Source of the DNA: a phage | Sequence record: PZ445527.1 | DNA length: 64,000 nt | Strand: one strand, 5' to 3' | Part shown: piece by piece, positions 58,101 through 64,000 of the stretch | Position numbering within the stretch: position 1 is the first letter of the stretch | How the letters are laid out: each line of letters begins with the position of its first letter | Position numbers and translations under genes: made by a program | Notes under the pieces: generated by a model | Told to the model about the DNA's origin: nothing | Database searches by the model: none | What the model saw: the letters and a program-made list of their open reading frames with translations, nothing else

Positions 58101-58177
58101 TGGGGTGGCTAGTGGAACTCGAATCCACATAGGCCTGATTCACAATCAGGATCATTAACCAATTATGATATAGCCAC
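58101..58177 (-). tRNA. tRNA-His(GUG)
   Basis: hand-folded cloverleaf: acceptor GTGGCTA/TAGCCAC, D-arm TCAT/ATGA, anticodon arm CCTGA-TTGTGAA-TCAGG, T-arm GTGGA-TTCGAGT-TCCAC, discriminator C, CCA encoded. Confidence 0.85.
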
Positions 58178-58406
58178 AATTGAAAACTCGCAGGGTTAGC
58201 GAAACCATCCTCAATTAGCATGTTCTAGAATACTAATCAAGTTATCTCCTATTGCACGCAGCTCAAGACGAGTACGAATTTTCAATTGTGGCGGCTCTCA
58301 GAAACTCTTCTATTCTAGCCTCAGAAGCTTACCCCCGAACGCATGTCGGGAAAGTCTTTCCAAGCGCATCAAATAGCACCGTTACACTTTGAGCCATTGA
58401 TGTATC

Positions 58407-58476
58407 AAGGAATAGAAGGACTTGAACCTTCATGAGTTAGACCATTTAACTCAACCGCTTTTTAGGGTATATTTCT
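58407..58476 (-). ncRNA. aberrant tRNA-like element
   Basis: canonical T-arm GAAGG-TTCAAGT-CCTTC and acceptor-like ends, but only one internal hairpin (TGAGTTA-AATGGTC-TAACTCA); no separate anticodon arm found. Confidence 0.3.
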
Positions 58477-58543
58477 AGGAGTGGATGTTCCTAGTAAACC
58501 TATTCGGCAGTCCCGTCTACCAATTCCGGCATATTCCAAGATT

Positions 58544-58638
58544 TGGAGGTAGGTAAGGGGATCGAACCATTACACCGTATCACTACGGTCAACCGATTTC
58601 AAGTCGGAGTCCATCGCCAGCCGTTGGATTGACCTACC
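58544..58638 (-). tRNA. tRNA-Ser(UGA)
   Basis: acceptor GGTAGGT/ACCTACC, anticodon loop CTTGAAA, long variable arm ACCGTA-gtga-TACGGT, T-loop TTCGATC, CCA encoded. Confidence 0.82.
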
Positions 58639-58650
58639 TTATAAATTGTT

Positions 58651-58735
58651 TGGTGGGTTAGGAGAGACTCGAACTCTCACGCACTTAAGCAAGGGCTTCT
58701 AAGACCCTCGTGGCTACCAATTACACCACTAACCC
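58651..58735 (-). tRNA. tRNA-Leu(UAG)
   Basis: acceptor GGGTTAG/CTAACCC, anticodon arm AGGGT-CTTAGAA-GCCCT, long variable arm, perfect T-arm GAGAG-TTCGAGT-CTCTC, CCA encoded. Confidence 0.8.
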
Positions 58736-58741
58736 CTAATT

Positions 58742-58816
58742 TGGTGGACAGTAGGAGAGTCGAACTCCTCACTCCTGAGTGCAAGTCAGGTATTTTCCCA
58801 GATAAACTAACCGCCC
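58742..58816 (-). tRNA. tRNA-Ala(UGC)
   Basis: acceptor GGGCGGT/ACTGTCC (two G-U pairs), anticodon arm CCTGA-CTTGCAC-TCAGG, T-arm AGGAG-TTCGACT-CTCCT, CCA encoded. Confidence 0.82.
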
Positions 58817-59185
58817 AAATTCTTTAATTTACTAAGGCTATTAGCTCGGCGTAACTACAGCACCTTCGCTTCAAGCGGAAGGAACCGCGTCATCTCGCAA
58901 ACCCAATACACTATTCAGTTGCCGCTGAATCTAGTGGACTAATCTAGAACTTCTCCCGAGTCGTAGGGATCGTGCTTTTTGGCAGCCAGTCCTAGGTCGA
59001 GCTAATACCTTAGTGAATTATGATGAGGATTTCTCCCATATCAATTTATATAAATATTATAACAAGAAATTAATCATCAAGCAATTGAGTTTTTCTTGAA
59101 ATTGGTAGCGGGTTCCAGTACTGCCCTGGACTTACTTAGCTTATGAGACTAAGAAGAACTCTATGCCTTCCACCCGCAATTGTTT

Positions 59186-59309
59186 GGTTATTCTAGACAG
59201 GATTCGAACCTGTTATCACTTGTGCGGACTTACGAGAACCATTCTTTCACTCGAATCGAACGAGCTTCTGCCCTAGCCAAGCTGGTTTCCCCATCAACCA
59301 CGCTAGAAT
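59186..59309 (-). ncRNA. about 121-nt tRNA-like element containing two T-arm-like hairpins
   Basis: perfect 7-bp acceptor-like pairing ATTCTAG/CTAGAAT enclosing D-arm-like TGGT-TGATGGGGAA-ACCA and T-arms GCTCG-TTCGATT-CGAGT and ACAGG-TTCGAAT-CCTGT. Confidence 0.3.
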
Positions 59310-59431
59310 GTTTGATTGTTTTCAGTGCAAGAGTCCGAGTCTTGGACACGACCGTTTCGCAAGTACATAGGCAGCTTATCATGAGTCAGCACTTCCGAAT
59401 TGCTAGCCCCGTGTTCTGCACTGAAATTTTA

Positions 59432-59779
59432 TTAGTTTAACCGTAAAGTATTATCTAATTCACCATTAATTGTTCGGCATTCCTCTGGAATTGCTGGTGT
59501 GGCCTTGTATTCCCACCACTCAGCACCATCATATTCCCCACGTTCTAGCCAAGTTCCGTCGGCAAACCATACATTACCATAAAGTAATTGTCCACCGTAT
59601 CCAGAATCATACTCAAAGTCTAGGTTATCAAGAAAATCCTCAATATCTTCTTCTGTATAGCCTAAAGGTAATACCCAAACTTTTTTATCCCCATAATACC
59701 CGAATTCTATTTTAATACACTTAATTTTAGAATTGGTATTTTTTAAGGCAAGTAACAACTCTTCTTTAGCATTACGCAT
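59432..59779 (-). CDS. hypothetical protein
   Basis: 115 aa ORF. Confidence 0.5.
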   Translation of the reverse strand: MRNAKEELLLALKNTNSKIKCIKIEFGYYGDKKVWVLPLGYTEEDIEDFLDNLDFEYDSGYGGQLLYGNVWFADGTWLERGEYDGAEWWEYKATPAIPEECRTINGELDNTLRLN

Positions 59780-59802
59780 AGTATATTCTCATACTGAATT
59801 AA

Positions 59803-59879
59803 TTTGGCGCGACTGATGGGATTTGAACCCACATTCCCTCCCGTGATAGGGGAGTACCATTACCAAGCCAGCCACGGTC
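59803..59879 (-). tRNA. tRNA with atypical anticodon loop CTATCAC (anticodon uncertain)
   Basis: CCA encoded, T-arm GTGGG-TTCAAAT-CCCAT, acceptor 6 of 7 paired, perfect anticodon stem CTCCC/GGGAG. Confidence 0.45.
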
Positions 59880-59890
59880 GCATAATTTAT

Positions 59891-60076
59891 TTACTCAGCT
59901 TTGAGTTTTTCAATAGCTGCATTAAGTTCTTTAAGAAACTCTTTTCGTACATTAAGACGATTGAGACTTACTAGTATATCATGTTTAAGTTCTTCGATGT
60001 ATTTCTTCTCAACTTCAATATTGTTGATAGTGCTATCACGATGAACTTCTAGCTGCGCAATCACATTCTTGGACAT
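59891..60076 (-). CDS. hypothetical coiled-coil protein
   Basis: 61 aa ORF. Confidence 0.4.
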   Translation of the reverse strand: MSKNVIAQLEVHRDSTINNIEVEKKYIEELKHDILVSLNRLNVRKEFLKELNAAIEKLKAE

Positions 60077-60178
60077 GCTTGTTTCCTCAGTTATTAATGA
60101 AAATGGTATCTGTGGCTGAATTAGATGTCAGCAATGATAGCTGGTTGGCTACCGGTTTACTTAACTCTACACAGAATT

Positions 60179-60261
60179 TGGCGGGCCGTGTAGGATTCGA
60201 ACCTACGTTGTCTTTCGACACGGATTAACAATCCGCCGCCAAACCGCTTGGCTAACGACCC
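60179..60261 (-). tRNA. tRNA-Asn(GUU) with unusually long variable region
   Basis: acceptor GGGTCGT/ACGGCCC, D-arm GCCA-AGCGGTT-TGGC, anticodon arm GCGGA-TTGTTAA-TCCGT, 13-nt variable region GTCGAAAGACAAC, perfect T-arm, discriminator G, CCA encoded. Confidence 0.65.
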
Positions 60262-60416
60262 TAAAAAATTTATATTGCTGACTAGGGTTTTCACCTAGAC
60301 GGAGTTAGCACCGTAGCGTGTAGCGGCATACCTCTCCAAACCGTGCCTCATCTTTCAATTACGGAGACAGTGTTCCTACGCGTGCCTGAATTGATTTAAC
60401 AATTCTTTCAGCAAAT

Positions 60417-60492
60417 TGGACGACCGCATGAGGATTGAACTCACATAAAAAGGATTTGCAATCCTTCGCCTAAGCCATTCAGCCAACGGTCG
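60417..60492 (-). tRNA. tRNA-Cys(GCA)
   Basis: acceptor CGACCGT/GCGGTCG, anticodon arm AAGGA-TTGCAAA-TCCTT, T-loop TTCAATC, CCA encoded. Confidence 0.82.
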
Positions 60493-60670
60493 ATTTATCT
60501 TGTTTTTCGAGATCTTCAAACTCTAAATCATTGAAGTTCCCTAGAGTACGGGTATAGAACCCATCCCCTGCGTCATAGCCTGATTTACCACAATCACACA
60601 TTTTAAATTCGCGCAGGTGTGTGAAAACATGTTCAGAACCACAACACTTAAATCTAACTAATCGTTTCAT
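60479..60670 (-). CDS. zinc-finger protein
   Basis: 63 aa; CCGSEH...CDCG motifs; 3' end overlaps tRNA-Cys by about 14 nt. Confidence 0.4.
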   Translation of the reverse strand: MKRLVRFKCCGSEHVFTHLREFKMCDCGKSGYDAGDGFYTRTLGNFNDLEFEDLEKQDKSTVG

Positions 60671-61009
60671 TAGCTTCTCCAGTTCAATTTATGTAATTAT
60701 TATATAGAACTTTTGGGAACTAAGCAACTACATTTTTTAAGAATTTGATGCCTTTCTTTTTCTTCTTATATTTCCACGTTAATGGATTCTGTCGATTATG
60801 AACGCTTGAGATCTTTGTCTCGTCAAAGTTCTTCAATATCATGTAATCACAAGATAATTGTTCTAGTGGAATGTGATCACCGTCAAAAGCGTATACATAA
60901 GGCTGTTGACTAGCACGATAATGATAGACTTTGTTAATTCTACGTTTCAGCGACTTATCCGCGCAGTAAATAAAGAAGTTTTAAGGGTGCATCAGCATCT
61001 CCTTCAATT

Positions 61010-61093
61010 TGGTGCATCGTGCTGGATTTGAACCACCAACCCCGAAGGGCACGGATTTACAGACCGCTGCAATAGCCATTCTGCCAACGATGC
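61010..61093 (-). tRNA. tRNA-Tyr(GUA)
   Basis: acceptor GCATCGT/ACGATGC, D-arm GCAG/TTGC, anticodon loop CTGTAAA, long variable arm GCCC-ttc-GGGG, discriminator A, CCA encoded. Confidence 0.82.
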
Positions 61094-61143
61094 ACATTTA
61101 AAAGTATTCAAATACTAGTTTAAACACTTTTAAATATGTTTCC

Positions 61144-61160
61144 AAATTAGATAACTATTA
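61144..61160 (-). promoter_or_regulatory. extended -10 promoter element upstream of tRNA-Tyr
   Basis: - strand TGGTATAAT (reverse complement of 61147-61155). Confidence 0.4.
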
Positions 61161-61221
61161 TACCAAGTTTTAAGGCACTGAGCAAGTCAGATTTTGAAGA
61201 ACTTGCTCAGTGCTGTATTAG

Positions 61222-61506
61222 TTAGTCGAACTTAGGAGTGACAGATAAGGAGAACGGAAGTTCAAAAACTTCTTCACCCTCATTACTAACGGTAACTACA
61301 CGACCTTTAAGTTCAGACATTAAAATATCAATATCAGCTTTTGCATCTGGAGCCATGCCAGCTTCAATACATTTAGCTTTAACTTCCGGTAAAAGCTCTA
61401 CGTTATAGAGATAGAGCCACTCAATCTCACCTTCCCAGTCTTCCCAGTCTTCCCAGGATTTGCAGATTGCACTTTCAATACCAGTTGCTACAACACGATT
61501 TTGCAT
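61222..61506 (-). CDS. hypothetical acidic protein
   Basis: 94 aa ORF; repeat WEDWEDWEGEIEW. Confidence 0.5.
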   Translation of the reverse strand: MQNRVVATGIESAICKSWEDWEDWEGEIEWLYLYNVELLPEVKAKCIEAGMAPDAKADIDILMSELKGRVVTVSNEGEEVFELPFSLSVTPKFD

Positions 61507-61539
61507 TCGTTAACTCCTTCATCAATTTATATAACTATT

Positions 61540-61580
61540 ATACCAGAAATTTAAAGCAAAAGGCAAGTACATTTTTAAAA
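61540..61580 (-). promoter_or_regulatory. early sigma70-like promoter
   Basis: - strand TGGTATAAT (reverse complement of 61543-61551) then ATATAAATTGATGAAGGAG RBS region. Confidence 0.45.
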
Positions 61581-61596
61581 ATTCTGTTTGGAGGAG

Positions 61597-61803
61597 CTAA
61601 ACTCCAGATTCTTCTGCCAAGTCTAGACTAATAAGAGTTATAGCCATAATTGCTGCACCGTGTTCTTTTTCTCCGGTGTTTTTAGCAGAGTCTATAATAT
61701 CCTTAATCTGTTCGTAATAACTTTTTACTTCTTGTTCAATGCCTGCCTCGGCTATCATGCCTTTAGTCATGAGTCGTTGCATGGTAATTTCAGTATTAGC
61801 CAT
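61597..61803 (-). CDS. hypothetical protein
   Basis: 68 aa ORF. Confidence 0.45.
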   Translation of the reverse strand: MANTEITMQRLMTKGMIAEAGIEQEVKSYYEQIKDIIDSAKNTGEKEHGAAIMAITLISLDLAEESGV

Positions 61804-61978
61804 GTTGTTTCTCCAGTTTCATTTTTAATAGTTTACAAATGAAATCAACGTCTTCATCCGTGCCTAGATCTCTATCTTCAAGGGTTGCCTTGAAATTTTT
61901 TGTTAGTTCCATAAGAATAACTTCCCTGGAACGACGTGTTGGCGGGGGTGGATGTCTATACATCTTATTTCCTTAATT

Positions 61979-62053
61979 TGGTGGGTCGGAGGAGAATCTA
62001 ACTCCTACTCGTTAGCTTATGAGGCCACCGCTTTAACTTTAAGCTACCGACCC
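61979..62053 (-). tRNA. tRNA-Met or Ile2 (anticodon CAU)
   Basis: acceptor GGGTCGG/CCGACCC perfect, D-arm GCTT/AAGC, anticodon loop CTCATAA, T-arm AGGAG-TTAGATT-CTCCT (atypical T-loop), CCA encoded. Confidence 0.65.
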
Positions 62054-62059
62054 TATGTT

Positions 62060-62148
62060 TGGCGGAAGAAGTGGGAATCGAACCCACAAGGCTATATTTC
62101 AAACCGACAGATTAGCAATCTGCTGCAATACCGTTATGCTATTCTTCC
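62060..62148 (-). tRNA. tRNA-Ser(GCU)
   Basis: acceptor GGAAGAA/TTCTTCC perfect, anticodon arm GCAGA-TTGCTAA-TCTGT, long variable arm, T-arm GTGGG-TTCGATT-CCCAC, CCA encoded. Confidence 0.8.
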
Positions 62149-62168
62149 GAATTTATAAATATATTATA

Positions 62169-62687
62169 TTAGAAATTTAGCTTCATAGCAAGAAAATTTT
62201 TCAAGTTTTCGGTAGACATCTCATCCACATCTACAGGAGAAACAAATCCATTTAATTGTCTAGCAAATTTTTTACCAGCAGGATCATTATCCCCAACAGC
62301 TACCAATTTAAAAGGTAGTAATTTCAATTGCTTTAATAGCGCTTTTCCTGGAGAAGAACCCAACATTGCCAAGGCTGGATAACCAGCGTTATGTAACGCA
62401 ACTGCCTTAAATACAGATTCAGCAATCAATACCACTTTTTCATCTCCATTGAGAGTTTCTAGTCCCCATACACACTGTGTAGTAGAATAAGTAAAATATC
62501 TAGCTTCAAAGGGGCACTTACCATGACCTTTTGGAGCAGAAGGATTATAAGTCTGATAGCCTCTCAACATCCCAGAGAAGTCATACAATGGGACTGTTAG
62601 CCATCCTTCCGGGCTTAACCAGCAATGATATTTATCTGTATCAAACCCTCTAGATAAGAGATGTTCTGTTAGTTCATCAACAGTCAT
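62169..62687 (-). CDS. Toprim-like domain protein
   Basis: 172 aa; LIAESVFKA (conserved Glu) and GDNDPAGKKFA (DxD) resemble a Toprim fold. Confidence 0.4.
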   Translation of the reverse strand: MTVDELTEHLLSRGFDTDKYHCWLSPEGWLTVPLYDFSGMLRGYQTYNPSAPKGHGKCPFEARYFTYSTTQCVWGLETLNGDEKVVLIAESVFKAVALHNAGYPALAMLGSSPGKALLKQLKLLPFKLVAVGDNDPAGKKFARQLNGFVSPVDVDEMSTENLKNFLAMKLNF

Positions 62688-62783
62688 ATTTGATCCCCTA
62701 GTTAGTTGTATAAATACATTATACAGAAAAGCCCTGCGCTCTCCAGTGAACGCAGGGCTTACTTCGAATATTACGTGTGGGTA

Positions 62784-63731
62784 TTACTTGTTACGCATAT
62801 CCATAATCATTTGGCCATCGTAACCAGTGCCAACCACAGTCTGCGGTACACCACCTTGATACTTCTGAGCACGAATCATTTCAACTTCTAGTTGCTTCCA
62901 GCGAATCATCTCAGGAGTAATGGTACGTTGCAGAGCGGCGTTAGCTTCAGCTTCTTTCTTAGCTGCGTACAGTTTAGCATCTGCATCACGTTCGTTTGCA
63001 ATAGCTTGGTTGTTACGAGCTTCACGATCTGCTTCTGCTTGTTTAACCTTCTGCTGTGCTTCTTGTTCAACACGAGCCAACTCAGCTTTCGCAGCATTAA
63101 CTTGTTCTTCACGAACTTTGGTATTCTGTACCTGTTCCATGATTACAGGCGGCAAAGTAATATCCTGAAGGAACACTTGCTTAACTGTGTAACCATAAGG
63201 GCGTGCATACTCTTCAACTTCCTGTTGAATTGCAGTTTGCAATTGAGCCTGAATTTTAGCATCAAACAAATCTTGTGCTTTAGGTACAGACTTACCAAAC
63301 TCACGAATAGTAGACAGTAATTTTTCAGTTACATACTTGTCTAGTGCCTGATCCTGAGTACCTGCATTAATACGGTTAATCGGTGCCTTAGAACCATCAA
63401 ACTGCAACATAACAGTCAGGTCAACAGTGGATTTAAACTTATCCTGACTAGGAACCTGAAGTTTATCTAATTTTACAGCAATATCTTTTGTACTGAAAGT
63501 ATCGAAAGATGCAAACGGGTTTACAATATGGAAACCAGGTAATACTGGATTAGGGTCTACTTTACCAAGAAATGTTTGGGTTTTAACCGTACCATCAGAA
63601 ACAATAGTATATGAATTAAAAGCTAGGATTAAACCTGCTAAACCAACTACAGCACCAATACCCCAACGTTTAATAGTACGGATTACTTTCTGCTCAGAAG
63701 TCAGTTCTTTCATATTTTTAGTAGCAAACAT
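62784..63731 (-). CDS. SPFH/Band-7 (prohibitin/HflK-like) membrane protein
   Basis: N-terminal TM helix, SPFH-like core, long C-terminal Ala/Glu/Gln-rich coiled-coil. Confidence 0.65.
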   Translation of the reverse strand: MFATKNMKELTSEQKVIRTIKRWGIGAVVGLAGLILAFNSYTIVSDGTVKTQTFLGKVDPNPVLPGFHIVNPFASFDTFSTKDIAVKLDKLQVPSQDKFKSTVDLTVMLQFDGSKAPINRINAGTQDQALDKYVTEKLLSTIREFGKSVPKAQDLFDAKIQAQLQTAIQQEVEEYARPYGYTVKQVFLQDITLPPVIMEQVQNTKVREEQVNAAKAELARVEQEAQQKVKQAEADREARNNQAIANERDADAKLYAAKKEAEANAALQRTITPEMIRWKQLEVEMIRAQKYQGGVPQTVVGTGYDGQMIMDMRNK

Positions 63732-63764
63732 ATATTTCCTTTGTTTTAGTTACAGTTAATAAAA

Positions 63765-63839
63765 TTGGCCGAGGTGACAGGATTCGAACCTGCATAAAGG
63801 AATTTAGAAGACTCCTGCCTCTCCCTTAGACTACACCCC
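63765..63839 (-). tRNA. tRNA-Arg(UCU)
   Basis: acceptor CGGGGTG/CACCTCG, D-arm GTCT/AGGC, anticodon arm GGAGT-CTTCTAA-ATTCC, T-loop TTCGAAT, CCA encoded. Confidence 0.82.
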
Positions 63840-64000
63840 GTTTAAGTATTTTTAAGAACTCTCGTAAAAACTCTTAAAAATACAGACGATACCGGGAGAG
63901 TCATAAGTCTCACTCATTAAGTATTTCAAGACAAAATACAGTAACGTCTATTATTTTCCAGTTTAAGTCAGGGTGACTTAGTGGTTATGTCCTGCGGTAT

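Noticed and set aside
1-64000. Temperate-phage or prophage features (integrase, repressor, attachment site)
   Set aside because: No integrase, recombinase or CI-like repressor ORF recognised; content is that of a virulent T5-like phage.

Overview
This window reads as a T5-like virulent siphophage genome segment (Tequintavirus-type), assigned from protein motifs, gene order and recalled similarity to phage T5 proteins; no database search was run. Layout: (1) 1-3.4 kb, end of the early replication/recombination block on the + strand (SbcC-like C-terminal part, HNH endonuclease, D14-like, D15 flap endonuclease, dUTPase). (2) 3.6-28.9 kb, the complete late structural module on the - strand, from L-shaped tail fibre through tape measure, tail tube, capsid, portal and terminase to the receptor-binding protein, followed by a divergent Llp-like lipoprotein gene. 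(3) 29.3-38.9 kb, a pre-early block (dmp, A1, A2) ending in a dense non-coding repeat region with tandem repeats, DnaA boxes, palindromes and 14-mer iterons. (4) 39.2-63.9 kb, the early region on the - strand with many small ORFs, holin/endolysin, a candidate spanin pair, dNMP kinase, phosphatases, a GrcA-like glycyl-radical protein, four HNH endonucleases in total, and a cluster of about 16 tRNA or tRNA-like genes, most encoding CCA. The features I would look at first are the repeat and iteron architecture at 35.4-38.8 kb with its enclosed + strand cassette, the aberrant tRNA-like elements, and the phage-encoded GrcA homologue. All coordinates and folds were worked out by hand and need computational confirmation.
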